A stretch of DNA of 63,843 nucleotides, the filler included, from Choristocarpus tenellus KU-1152 (Eukaryota > Protista > Phaeophyceae), in assembly GCA_964200185.2 (NCBI GenBank). It is 14 parts of 14 records of this genome, joined end to end, with 100 filler letters (N's around TTAATTAATTAA, not from the genome) between each part and the next. Parts side by side here need not be neighbours in the genome. Positions count along the whole stretch, not along the records: positions 12,219 to 16,990 come from CAXNAD020013118.1; positions 17,091 to 21,567 come from CAXNAD020014380.1; positions 21,668 to 25,503 come from CAXNAD020017654.1; 11 more parts are not named here. One strand, written 5' to 3'. This document shows, piece after piece, positions 12,287 to 25,437 of the stretch. The translations under genes were made by a program, and so were the position numbers. The notes beneath the pieces were generated by a model, which ran no database searches, was not told the DNA's origin, and saw only the letters and a program-made list of their open reading frames with translations. Positions within the stretch are counted from its first letter, which is position 1, and every line of letters begins with the position of its first letter.

Positions 12287-13398
12287 CGCAGTGTGAGAGA
12301 GGAGAGACAGCAGTAAAACATAATATTCTTGTACAAAAAAAAATGATAAGAAAAGGGTTTGGAAGAAAAGGTGTCCAGATCCTGATATCGAGACCCTTCA
12401 ACGCCTGCAAATGAGGTTCTGCCTCATCTTCCAGCATGCCCACTGCATTGGACCACTAATATCTGGATACCAAGATACCGATATTGGACCCACAGCATAT
12501 ACCACGATGAAAAAAGTATGACTTTCTGGTATGTATGCTATGTAAAATTGCAAATAATATACAATATGTACATACTATACATTCTTCAACAAACTAACAT
12601 GCGCAGTTGTGCAATTTATCTTTGAATAGACGACTGCAATCTACAATCAAGTGTTGAAAGGGTGCGAGAAAGGGTTCTCGTATCTATGCAGAGGTGGTAC
12701 TAGCGGGCATGGCCCTCTGGTATACCCTGTGTCCGCCCAGCAGGCAGGCATGCGTGGGATTTTGCTTGCTGAGTACCTTCCATCTTTGATTTGAGGGGGG
12801 GGATATGAACTACATTTCTGTTGCTATGGTTGAAGCACAAAGCTATTATGACCTCTAACTTGCGCTCGATGTGTACAGCAACCTTGAGTGGTCATTTTGT
12901 TTGGCAAGTACTAGCATGATGCATGGAATACACCTGACTAATTACTCAAAGGGATTAAAACATCCTGGACTGCACAGTTGTACTCTAAGCTGTACCATTA
13001 ACAGTGCAACAGCCTCTGAAGATCTGTAAACTACAGTAGCCGATGTGGTTCCTCTCCACAAGGGATTCCATGCAACCTTTCTCATACGCTATAGAACTGG
13101 GCATCACTACAATGATCCTTTTGACCTACTGGAACTATTTTGTCCATTCCTCTCTTACGTAGAAATCTAAAGTACAAATCTTGCACAAGACTAGTCTAGG
13201 CGAGGTTATTTTTAGAAGCCTTGAAGACAACTGCACTGCAAAAGTTTGACGCTGTTTTCCCCGGAGAGATTGCGCCTCCCCTGCATTTCAAGAGACCAAC
13301 CGCTAGCCCCTGCTTAACATTAAAAACAACGCCCAAACAAACCATTTACACTATAAAGGAGAGGAGAGGATTAGGCATTACAGCTCATAAAAACTCAC

Positions 13399-14486
13399 CT
13401 TGAACTCTAAGACGTTGATCTCTCCGCCCTTGTCAATCCTGACTTTAGCATGGCTGAAGTGGTACAGGGTGGACATTACCTCTAGAAGGTACATCCCAGG
13501 GGCCACATCCCGAAATACAAAAGACCCGTCCTGGGCACTGAAACAGGAGAGTTCCCCGCCATTCAACACCACCTGAAGATCAGCAACAAAAACAAGGGGA
13601 TGAAGGTTGAGGTCATGAAAGAAAGGTTCCCCTGTAAGGTTTGGAGTTTGAATATGTGTGCTGGGGAGTAGGTATAAAAGCCTTGAGGTTGATTCAGCTT
13701 GTTTTGGTTCCCAGAATACCTATGGAAATTTTTTTGAGGAAGTGGTCATTGACTTCGGATGTGAATACTATAATTAGAATAGGAAGAATACTCCCTGGGT
13801 AAGGCGAGGGAGGGTAGGAGGGTAACGTAAGGGCTGTAGAGACTTCCATAGGTGTATTCCCTTAGCTGAAAAAAGAGAGACTTGTGCCACAAGAAGCACT
13901 CATCAGTGTAATGAAGAGGCTTACGACAAAGATAATGAGGCAGAAGGATTTTCAACCCACTCCTTCCATCACCTTGGTGGTAGGCACGATTGATCGATCT
14001 GGCAATGCCAGCCTACCTCCAACGTCCACCTTCACACCCTCCGCATCTACCCCAGATAACCTGTAAAGAAATAAAACCACATCATGAGGTCATCCACCGC
14101 AATTAGGTTCAAAGATCTTGCTGGATGAGAGAGTTCGAAAATGCGCTATTGAATATCTAACTGCAAGAGTAGAGTGGTTCGTCGCGTGGGGATCGAGTGA
14201 AGCTTGATCGCGCGATCCGGGGTTAGCATCTTGTTGAGGCCTTATGCCTCCTGACTGTTTTTCCTTGGTGGATATAAACACCAACATTGTGAGGATGGAG
14301 CGAGTAGCCCACGTAGATGCTACCAAGTCATAGTGTGTCCTGAACTTGTAAGGCAGAACCTCTAACCATCATCCTATGCCAAACTAGCGCGATACACAAT
14401 AATTAGGCCAAGTTACAAGAAACCCACCTTCCAACCAATACGCACACCAGTGCCAGTAACACCGACAACGGCCACCTTGCCATCAT
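13399..14486 (-). CDS. EMC7: ER membrane protein complex subunit 7, first three exons (14428-14486, 13973-14060, 13399-13572)
   Basis: Signal peptide MMARWPLSVLLALVCVLVG is followed by KVVLNGGE...DGSFVFRDVAPGMYLLEVMSTLYHFS, a DUF2012 beta-sandwich motif. Splice phases are consistent. Confidence 0.85.
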
Positions 14487-14801
14487 CCTTGAATTTCTTT
14501 GAAGCCTTGAATGGGAAGTGGTAATTCGATGTATTGGTTTAGGGGACATCCGCGCGCGTATATTTTCGCGCAGTTTAATCTCCTTCTGTCCTACATGCTT
14601 ACATAGTTCCTCTCCACAACAGAACGTAACGTCACATGCGTTCAGTTACGGTCCTCGATTCTTCAGTTTGTGTCCAAGCAAGATTAGAGCTTCTACTTCT
14701 CATAACATCCATCATAACGAACGACGTCTTAACATTACATAGAGCAGCAAGGGTGAGGACCCCAGAAAGAAGCTACTCGAGGCATACTGTGTTTACCACA
14801 A

Positions 14802-16858
14802 ATGCTTGATGTCTTCAGTTCACTGCCTCAGTACAACCCTCGCAACTCCCTTTCCGTGAGGGATGCCCAAAGCATTGCCGATTCTGGATCATTTTCCATC
14901 CTGACTTGGAGTGGCGATGGTGACAGACCGACCAAGGCAGAGCCCTCAGTCCAAATGCTCGGCCTGCGTCGTAGTAATTCTTGGTGTTGTAAAGTGAAAC
15001 GGAGTACTGAAGGAGTTGACTTGAACAACCACACTCGTAGAAAGAACACTAGGGCCCGAGATAGAGTCCTAATAGGCCGGAGGGTGAACCTGGAGGAGGA
15101 CAGGCCAGAGGGAGGAACAGGGCAAAAAAATACATACTGGTCCACTTCTAGCACGGAAGAAACCTTGCCGTTAGAAAGGTGCAAGGTAGAGTGTGGCATA
15201 TGGTACGGATCTACCCCTCCCACTTGAATGGCGAAGTGAAAATAATAGAACATTACAAAAAATGGTTCCCTGAAATGGGCAAGGAAGTCCTTACTCCACA
15301 AAATAGCTTATTACTCAATCTAGTAGCTGGGAAAGTTGATTTGGCGATCCTTTCCTACCACTAGATTGTTGTGAGGAAGTGACTATATTGCAACATTACA
15401 AAAATGGTTCAGTGAGATGGGGAAGGAAGGCCTTACCCCACCAAACAGCTTACCACTGCATCTCGTAGGTGGTAAAATTGTTTTGACGAATCTTCTGTAC
15501 TACTAAAACATTGGGATACCCACTGAAGTACAGAGGCAATGTTCATTGATCCACTGACGGAGTTTTCGACTTCTTTTTCGATAAAGCTGCTATGTCACAA
15601 GCGCTTAAAGTGGACTATTTCTCTATCCCGTTAACAGATTCCGACATGCAGTGCACAAGGTCATCCAACAGGCATATCGCACTCGCCTGCAAGAGAAGCC
15701 AACCAATAAGAACCTCCTCTATCGACTTGGGAAGCTGACTGGGAAGGATGGTCAATTCGAAGAATCTGCTGCCATACTCAAAGCTGCCGCCAAGGCAAGA
15801 AACAGAGATGGAAAAGCCCCAAAATTTTGATACTGTTCTTTTGTGCGCTTCAAGTCCAATGCAAATTCATGAAAGCAAGAGTTTAGAACAGAGGTGGTGA
15901 AAGTACCTCTCCACCCTTGCTGTACGGGAGGGCTGCTACCTTTTACATTTTCATTGGAGTCAACAGGTCAATATAAAAGGGTGTTCTATGTCATTGTGTG
16001 TCAAACAAGCAAATGAAATAGGCATGGCAATTGTGTCTTTTTTTTGTACTAAGGAGCTACGGGATTTCAACACACATGGGATCTATTCGCATGTAATAGG
16101 GCCTCCCCCTCCAAGAACTGTTTTGCTTGGACGCTCATTCTGTATCGTAACTGTTGCGTAACATGAGACGACAGTCTGACCTCTGCAGATCCAGACACGC
16201 CAAAGAGAAAAAAAGAAAGGGGACTGCAGAGGGTATTATAGAGTGAAAATATCTTAGAGGGTACGAGTTTTCCCTGTTTGTCCATTTGGGGCTTGGTTTC
16301 TTTCGGGGTTGTTATGACATTTTTCTAGTCCAAAATATCTCGGAGTAGGTAAAATGTATACGTTATGAAAAGGTGTCTTCAGAACAAGGATGTTGACACT
16401 TCCTAACAAACACGATAGGCAAATTTACATCAAAATCGCAACATTGGATTTTGGTCCCCAAATGGACGCGGCTCTACCCTCTAAGATATTTTGGTTCATA
16501 ACTTTATATTTTTTTGTATTCAAGGTATAGGTTTGGGCACGCGTGAGGTCTTTACAAGGAAACCTCAAAGTGCTTTAGGTACCATGTGCCAAAATTTGTT
16601 ACACGAGCATCACGGTGACAAAGTATGCCTGAACAGCTCCCATGTAATACTCGATGCATGTCCTAACCCTAAGTCTCATTGGTACACCGCTCTCCCATTG
16701 GAACAAAGGGCTCAAGAGATGATCGCCTGTGGGTGACCTACGCCAGGGCTGAGGTTCGGGTGTGGGAGCAAGACCCAGCCACTGAACATGCGTGCCTTGA
16801 AAGGGCTTGCGATGCTTACAGGCAGTCAATCAACCTCCTAGAGGACAATGTCTACCAG
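14802..16858 (+). CDS. TPR-like helical repeat protein, 5' exons (~14802-15178, 15638-15794, 16709-16858)
   Basis: Peptides PTNKNLLYRLGKLTGKDGQFEESAAILKAAAK and DDRLWVTYARAEV...LERACDAYRQSINL are TPR-like. The start codon is uncertain and the second intron needs a GC donor. Confidence 0.6.
15249..15505. repeat. Diverged tandem duplication, ~143-bp period, intronic
   Basis: AACATTACAAAAATGGTTC...AAGGAAG.CCTTAC.CCAC.AAA.AGCTTA occurs at 15249 and 15392. Confidence 0.85.
16241..16497 (+). mobile_element. MITE family A, full copy in an intron, TSD ATA
   Basis: Both TIRs are present with ATA/ATA flanks. Confidence 0.95.
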
Positions 16859-17123
16859 GTGTGCAACCTGTGAAAGAGGGGTTCTGGTGGGCATGTTGAA
16901 CAGAACTCGGTCAAGTATCAAGATTAGTTTAGGCCTGGTACTATTGGGGGAAAAATCAAGGAGATTGTAGGCTCAAAGTATCTGGGGGGGNNNNNNNNNN
17001 NNNNNNNNNNNNNNNNNNNNNNNNNNNNNNNNNNTTAATTAATTAANNNNNNNNNNNNNNNNNNNNNNNNNNNNNNNNNNNNNNNNNNNNGTGGGGAGCA
17101 CAGAAACAGTGTACAAGTTTGAT

Positions 17124-17310
17124 GACCCAAAGTATCTGGAGAAGGGAGGGGGGGGGGGGTCTACACCAGGGTGTCCATTTGGACTATAACCAGGAAAAGT
17201 GTACTTATATTATCCATCCGATGATGAATGCAACCTAATCACTCAAAAATCTCAATATGAAAACATTGGCCCAAAATGGACAGCCGCCACCCCCCCAGAT
17301 ACTTTGAGTC
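17124..17310 (+). mobile_element. MITE family B, full copy, TSD TGAT
   Basis: Ends are GACCCAAAGTATCTGG and CCAGATACTTTGAGTC, flanked by TGAT/TGAT. Confidence 0.95.
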
Positions 17311-17387
17311 TGATACACCTCAGTCTCAACTCAAGTCAAAGGCCTAGACCTATAAATCCCTCCAGCGATAGAGAGGGAGAATGCAGG

Positions 17388-17641
17388 GAGCCAAAGTATC
17401 TTAGAGGGTAGAGTCGCATCCATTTGGGGCCCAAAATCCAATGTTGCGATTTTGATGTAATTTTGGCTATCGTGTTTGTTAGGAAGTATCAATATCCTTG
17501 TTGCGGATACACCTTTTCATAACGTATACATTTCACCTACTCCGAAATATTTTGGAGTAGGAAAATGTTATAAAGACCCCGAGGGAAGCCAAGCCCCAAA
17601 TGGATAAACAGGGCTAAGCTCGTACCCTCTAACATTCACTC
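17388..17641 (-). mobile_element. MITE family A, reverse orientation
   Basis: Reverse complement of the family A consensus, with flanks AGG/TGG. Confidence 0.93.
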
Positions 17642-18156
17642 TGGTAGGTATACATAACAAAACTGTTAATTCAACTGAATGGCAGACTTCCAAAATCGTA
17701 GCAGATATGCAGCTGCTGATTTGTACTAGTCTATTGCAATGAGTGCATGCATCAACTGGATGACAACTGAGTTCACTTTGCATGGCCTCTCTCGTCTTTG
17801 CTTGGCGGAATTTTGTGTGTATGACGTAAATGAGATAGTAGGAAGAAGAGATTATGCCCAATACCTCACCATTCTGCAAACGAAATGGTCTGTCTGTTTG
17901 CCCGAATGCAACTAGGGCTGTAAGAGAACAATATAAATGGGTGCACAAGAATGATGACACAGAGTACTTCAACAGGTTGCGTTGTGCCCCTCTAAACTTC
18001 AGTACACATACGATGGTGCAAGTAAGCCTGTGATCCAGAGGATGTTATGAACAATGGAAAGCAGGTGGGGCGCTGTTCCATAAAAACATCATTGGTACTG
18101 CTTGCTCGTCACTCAGTATTCCACTTGTGTCCCAACCCTTGCAGGATCAGTCAAAC

Positions 18157-21074
18157 CTCTTGTTGTGAGCGATCCTGGACAGAGGGTAAAGCAACTAGAT
18201 GTTTGAGGAGCCTCTCCTTTTCTGCTGTGATCTCCTGGACAGTGTCCTCCTTTTCCTTCAGCAATACTTCCAATGCTAAGTTCGCATCCTCATGATATAG
18301 AGGTATCGTCAAGGAAACCCAAGTTCGGGGCAGAGGAAGTAGGGGGGAGACACAGGGCAATTTTCTCTCGAGTCAGAGGGTGCAAAAACAATAACACAAC
18401 TTTCAAGTGGCGGTAGAAAATGCCAACGGTATTTTTCATGTAGAATAGTAGCATGCTGTTGTTTGCTCTCCCTGCCTCCCTACCTACCTCCCTCCCTCCC
18501 TCCCACTACACTTCACCCTCCACCTCCCCCCGTGGAAGCCGACAAAGGCCTCACCTCCTCCATCTCCTCCCTCTCCTCCCTCTCCATTTTGGCAGTCTCC
18601 TTGGCAGCAGCAATCTGTGCACAAAAGGACCTCCTCTCTCGTTCCCGCAAAAGGCGGTGCTCATCAATCTCGAGCATGAGAGATTGCTGTGTAGGTATGG
18701 TAGATATGTTATCGCAGGACAAGAGAAACCAAAGCATTTGCAGAGTGGGAGAAGGGTTGGGTGAGCAGCAGAAGGGGTGATGGCATGTGGGGTTCAGGAA
18801 AATATTATAGTGGTCAGGTGGCAAAATTTTACCTGCCTCTTTTCTCTTCACTTCATTACTTGTGAGTTGATACAAACCATCAGTGTGTGCTCTAGAAGTA
18901 TGGCCTAGCACGATGCTGCATTGAGCCTGTAAGGTGCAGTCACCCTGTAACGTCCCTTGATCCTTCTAGCGCACAATACACTCTGGAGTATATTACATAC
19001 AGAATTTGGTATTTTTTTAAATATTTGATAGTATCAATATCGCTCTTGACAAGAAAAGGCCAGGTGAACAAAGAGTGGGAAGGGGGGGGAGAAGGGAGTG
19101 AGTTCAATCTGCTCTCACCTCTTGGAGTGCAGAAGCTTCCTGAGCCTCTGCAGCCACCCTCAGCTCCTCCTCCTGGCTCACCAGCCTGACGATATAAACA
19201 AAAGTCAAGGTCAGGGAAAGATGGGCATCACAGGGAAGGTGGGAAGTGATGACAAAGACAGCCACCAAACTGGCGCTTGAGTTGACAGAGATCAGCTGCA
19301 ATTCATATCATTGTTCTCTCAACACTACTTTGCCCATGGCACTGGTACCTCATATTGTGGACACGTGCTACCAATATTTCTATGCCATGAAGGATGAACT
19401 CAAACCTCAACTTACTGAGAGTGGTGTTTTGAGTATGAGTGTATGATATACGACACTTCAGCCAAGATCTCCTTATCACATAGAGGTTGGCTCTATTGCA
19501 GGTCATGCACAGATGCTGTCACCGTACTATGCCCGAATGAAAACTGTAGGGTGCGCAAACTTTATCAAGACCAGGTCTGTCTCCACATCACATGTGCTCA
19601 ACCACCCACACCCCTTTGTGATGGACCAAAACATTGACTCCAAGAGGGGAATAAACGTCTGCCAAGGTGGTATGTGCAAGTCCCTTCTCCTCTTGCCAAG
19701 AAGTAACTGCAACTGTTCAAAAAGCATTATTTATATTCATTTGGTCTCAATAACAAAATGACTTGATAGATACTTGACACACTTGACACATCAGTCATTA
19801 CATGATCCTTGCATCGAGGCTATCAGGTGGGGCATGAGATACCCACAACACACCACACCGGATTAAAACAAGACTGCATGTGAACAAGCTCTCCCTCTTT
19901 CTATCTCCGTGCCCCTCACATCCAACGTTTGAGCGATTGGCAACACACCAAGTTCAACCACCTTGAGCTACACCGAGTATTCAAGGGTTGGATGACAAAC
20001 TTGACGGGGTAACAATCAATCCAAGGTCACCCTATGCACGGCAAAACCAACTAACGCAGGGATCTATGCACTTCCTCAAATAAATGTTCAGAGTCAACAA
20101 TTAGCGCTTCATCCAAACTTGCCGTTATATATACTCCACAAATCACCCTTCCACCAGCTGACTTCCCCAACCACCACATTTTTGTCTCAGAGAGAAGTTG
20201 TGGAAACTCCTATCTATGCCTTGAGGTTTCGGTTCCAATCACTTGTCCTCAATGCCTCACCTCCTTACCCAAACTACCTCCTTCTACATGCCTCCCTCAA
20301 TCCAATCTATCCAGGTGTAGTAAAACCACATATTTACTGTATGTGAAGATCACCCCTAGATTATGCTGTGTTTCAAAATACACCGTCGATTGCTCCACAG
20401 CAAAACATGACAGCTTTATTATCAGCCTTCTAGTGATTGAGAACATGTATCAAATGGAGTCTCATGCCATCCTGCCACATCCCAAACACTGATCATTTCT
20501 ATCAGGGGAATGTGCTCGTTTGCCTACTCTTACCTCAGACAGCTCTCACGATCTCTACCTTACAGACTTTTGGACAAGATACAAACTATCTATATATTTT
20601 GCTACATCTCCTGTTTCGGTAGTAATGGGGAAGTATCTTCAGTTCAAGGGGAGAACCCGTATACTTCAAGATCAGAGTATCAGAGTATTGGGAATGGGTC
20701 TTGGGTGAGAACTTCTTGTGTTTATCCACAACAGTGTGAACACTACTAATGAATGAGGTTGAAGGGCCGTTGATTTTTCACTACTGTGGCGGACTCTACT
20801 GTCCTTCGTCCAACACATGTCAAGGTAGTTCAATCTTTGTATCATTCCTACTATTCCTCAGTCACTCTCTAGTGGGTGTACACTTATACCACCAATCCAA
20901 ATACTGAGTGAGCAAAAAACACCAACTTCTCCATTGCAACACCAGCCAAGACCAAACTCACCTCCGGAAGACCACCCTCCTGGCCAACCATGCTCTAACA
21001 TTTGCCTGCATTGTGGCAACTGCAGACCTCAACTTAACCAGCTGTTGCGAAGCCGCTCTCTGCCTCACCAACGC
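18157..21074 (-). CDS. IQ-motif plus coiled-coil protein (myosin neck/tail-like), internal exons 20962-21074, 19119-19185, 18555-18686, 18157-18288
   Basis: AVATMQANVRAWLARR is an IQ motif and is followed by E/K/R-rich heptads. Splice phases are consistent. Further exons near 17650-17912 are possible. Confidence 0.7.
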
Positions 21075-21502
21075 CTGACCACGTATTAGGAGTTTGGAGG
21101 AGGAGGGCCGGCTGGTCGTGAGGGCTTGTTTGAAGGTGAGAAAAATACCAATAACTTGGGACGAGGACCCTGGACATGGTGAGAAATGCTGGAAGGAGTT
21201 CTCCGGTGAGATAAGCCTGATCTAGTCATTTTGGACTAACCAAATACCCCAAAAATCAACACCTTTGATGTTGTCAATTCGTACTACCTCACACACACTG
21301 TGATATTCAGAGGCGTCCACATCCCGACCAATCCACACACTTCACTTTGTGATTGTGTAGTACACCCCAACCAGGACAATGATGCTATCGATAAAAATGT
21401 AAAATCATTACAAGGACTTGCTCAGGAACCAATCTACCATCTTCTAGGTTTCTCTTCTCTCACACAGATAATCACATCACCCTCTCCTCTATGAAGAATC
21501 CT

Positions 21503-21567
21503 GGGTCAAAGTATCTGGGGGGGGGGGGGGGGTTTTTGAGGGGGCGTCCGTTTCGGTCGAACAATTT
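21503..21567 (-). mobile_element. MITE family C end at contig break
   Basis: GGGTCAAAGTATCTG(n)TTTTTGAGGGGGCGTCCGTTTCGGTC is the reverse complement of the family C right end. Confidence 0.85.
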
Positions 21568-23275
21568 NNNNNNNNNNNNNNNNNNNNNNNNNNNNNNNNN
21601 NNNNNNNNNNNTTAATTAATTAANNNNNNNNNNNNNNNNNNNNNNNNNNNNNNNNNNNNNNNNNNNNGAGTTGATGTTGAAATGAAGTGGGTGGTTGGGG
21701 TGGGGGGGGGGGGGGGGGGGGGGGGGGCGAGGAGACGGACCCAACGACAGACTGCAACAAAAAAATTCTACTCTTTTGAGTTGTTGTTTTTCAGTTCAAG
21801 AGTCAATTGCCTTGATTAAAAGTATCTGGGGGGTGGGGACTCAATTGCCTGTAGAGCTGTGGACAGTGAAGCCCTACCAGGAATGACTAGTGTATGTGTT
21901 TCCACGTGCCACGTTGCTCAGTGCCTGGTATCTGGTACTTGATACTTGGTACCTGATATTTGGTACCTGATATTTGGTATAGTCCTCACTCTTGTTTACG
22001 CCAGTTGTGGTTTGTGGTCCTGACTAGTTACCGTATCGTGAGCGAGGGTAATTTTTATTATTTTTATTGTTGGGAAGTTGTCCATTTGTGAGTCTTTGCA
22101 GTGCATATGGCCCTGAGCTTGTTTTGTTGTTCAGTTTTATTGTTCGTTTGTGAGCATAATAATATATAAATACTATGTTTTTTTTGTTGTTGATGTGCAT
22201 CACGCCATATCTGAAATGCAGGTTTCTATTCCCCCTCCCCATCCCCCAATTTGGAGGATGTGACTGTATTGCAATGGAAGATTAGCTATGGACACATCTT
22301 CAACTGAAAGCGCCTTCCATGGTGCTCAAAAACCATGAGGCAATCATGGTGACACTTGAATATCAAAAATGTTTCCACCTCTTTACAGTTTTTTGTAGAT
22401 GGTATCATTCCTCTCTGTCTCTTACACTGAGAGGTTTTCAGTATTTTAGATGTATTTTGACGCTGTTGGTGTGTGTGCTGTGTGCATGGTTGGGTTAGGG
22501 TTAGGGTTAGTTGGGATTGTCTCAAGAGATGGTTAATAGTATAAATAATGAGTATTCATTTGCTGTTTCAAATTGCAATACTGGAAAGAAAAAAAAAATC
22601 GAAAGGGTGTACCACAAGCGACCTTTTCATAGTGACAAGTCGAAGTATTATTATTATTATTATTATTATTATGTTTAGATTGCTGTAACACCTTTTTCCC
22701 ATCCAAGAACCCTGTTTATGTATGTTTGTGTTTATTTTTTTGTGTTAATTTGCAACTATTTAACGTGGGTTTGTTCTAGTATATAGATAGGTATGTCGCA
22801 TAATTGTGTTATTATCAGTAATGGTTCATCTATGCTTTTAAGGTGAAGGTGTACTTTATGTACATACTCCTGAGAATAATATTGAAACTGTTGCGTATTG
22901 TTTTTCAACTGAACTATTGAAACACCCAAAGATGTTCACTTGAACAGAGAGAGGAGGGAAACACTCAAGCTTTTCTGTTTCTTTTTTTTATTCTGTGCTG
23001 TGCAAGTACAAATCGTTTGTTTTCATTATTTTCTGCGACAGTATATTATTCTTCAAAAAAAAAATTAAGCATATATTTTTCTGAAAATTATTTGACTACT
23101 GCCGTTGTGGTGAATTTTGAAATAGTCAACGATGGAGAGTATCATTTTTTTTTCGTGTGTCCCAAAAAGAAGAAAAGTTAAATCAGTTCACGAAATGTCA
23201 TCGGTGTAATGACACTAAAATGGCAGGTTAGCTTTTTGTTTGTACATCTCACCCTTCCTCAAATACCTCAACTAG

Positions 23276-25403
23276 CAGAGTCGATCAGCAACACTGGTGT
23301 GGGAGAAAATCCAAGGGTAAGAGGCCCAGGAGCGCCACAAGGCTGGATCCTGCAGGACCAGAACCAGCGCTGGGACCTGGGGGTGGGGTATTAACTGGGT
23401 CTGGAAGCAGAGTACCAGGAGGGTGTGATGTAGAGGCAATGAGCACAGGGGAGAATTACATGGAGGTTGGAGGGCAGGAGGGGCGAGGGGAGGCAGGGGA
23501 GGAGGATGAGCTGGTTTATGACTTGTCATGCGTGCTCTATCACAAAGGAAGCAATGTTCACTCTGGGCACTACGTAGCAGAGGTTGGAGAGGGTTTGGGG
23601 GGGGGGTGTTGTAGGGGAGGATAATGAGTTTTTTTTGTATGAGCTTGATGAGAGGTTTCTGTCTCGTTTGGTGAAAAAGCAAAAAGACTGCATCTTTTTT
23701 GCTTTTTTTGTTCTTGCTTTTTTCCCATTTCCGTTTTATACTTTTTTGAATTGGATGTAGGGATCTCAATCGTTACATCTTTTTTGAATTTGATGTAGGG
23801 ATCTCAATCGTATCTTCTTTTTTCATTGTCCAGTGTTGTTTCATTTTTTTATCGGTGTAGAGATCTGATCTCTGCAATCTTTAGGTATTATAATTCATAT
23901 TTGCTTTGTCTTCATTTCTTTGATGTACCATTTACATTTACTTAAGATCCTGCCCAAAGCTACATCTCATACAACAATTTCACCTTCTTTGTGTAGACCC
24001 AATTTCCTGAATCCTAATCCTACTCCTACAATATACACAGCAATTGCATGAGTCCATTTTTGTAGTGCTATTGATCTCTTCCTGTTGACCACATTGAGGT
24101 ATACCCTTTGTGTGCTCTAGGTAAGAATCTAAACCTAGTGGTCTGACCCTGGCTTTGTTTACCAAGAACGTGTCAAAACTCCTTCCATTGTTTTTCATCC
24201 CTAACCCTGACTGACCGTGAAATTTTATCCCTTCTTGAAGTTTTATGCATCCCAAACCTCTTAACTCAAACTTGAACCCTAACCCTATCTCTGCCTTGTT
24301 TATTTAGTCAATATCTTTTAAGAAAATTGACCTTCAAACCCCTAAAAAAAAGAAAACCATCTGTCTTTTCTAAGATGAAATGAAAAAGATGTATATATTG
24401 TTCCCTTTAAGCATCCCTGTTTTGATTTTTGATTTTTTTGATTTTTTTACCTCATTGCCTTCCAACATCAATGGAAGACCCTAACCCTGCACTGAGGTGT
24501 ATCGAACCTCTTCTTATGTTTTTTATTTTTTGTTATAGGGGGTAATAAATTGAAAGGACCAATGGTGTTTGAGCTCTCTCTCTGCAGATATTGCATTGTT
24601 TTCTTTTTGGTGATTCACCTCAAAAGAGTTGTTTGTTTCGTTTAGTACTTATTTTGTTTTGCTCTTAAGATTAGTCCGTCGACATGACCCTTCACCCATC
24701 TCATTCGATCAACTTGGTCTTTACCTCAGTAAGTTGTTTTATGCCTGTCTTGATTTGAAACCCTGTGACAGTTCTCTGTATTGTTGACTACAGAGTGTGT
24801 TTTGGAGCGATTTGATGGTTGTATTTATGTTTTGAGGAGCCTCTGTGCAGTGTATGAAGATGTAGAAGGTAGGGGTATTTCAATGGCTTCAACCACAAAT
24901 TTCTCACTTGCCGAGCTCTGGTTAACTCAACATTCAATGTTTGGTTTAATCTGTGGAGAAGTTGAGTTGTTTTGGTGTGCCTTTTCAGAGTGGTGTTATA
25001 AACATTTGTCTTACCAAGTACACCTGTGAAGTACTACCAAACACTTAATGGTGTGATGTTCATTGCATGCTGAAACAAAAGAGTGGCCATATTTAGTCAA
25101 GGTAGACTGTGAGAGCTATTCCTGGTACTGCACTTAAGCTACTGTACCTACTGTGCTTTAGGGTTAGGGTTAGGGTTAGGGTTAGTAATACTGGAAGTAC
25201 TTGTACAACGTCATGCTGGTACTGGAACTAGTACTGTGCTTCAAAGCAGTAATATCAGCAAGTACTTCTGCAACATTGTGCTGATACTGGATCAGGTGAA
25301 GGACCCGAAGACAGGAACCTGGGTCCTCTTCGATGACGAGACAGTGCGCCCCCTGCCAGCGATGAATTCACACTCAAAAGTCTCCTCCACAGGCCCTGCT
25401 GGT

Positions 25404-25437
<34 letters not shown>

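Noticed and set aside
12171-12443. Poly-proline ORF
   Set aside because: It is the translation of a G homopolymer at a contig edge running into the linker.
19300-20900. Retroelement-like decayed coding DNA in the IQ gene intron
   Set aside because: It is probably TE debris, but no unambiguous RT or integrase motif could be read.
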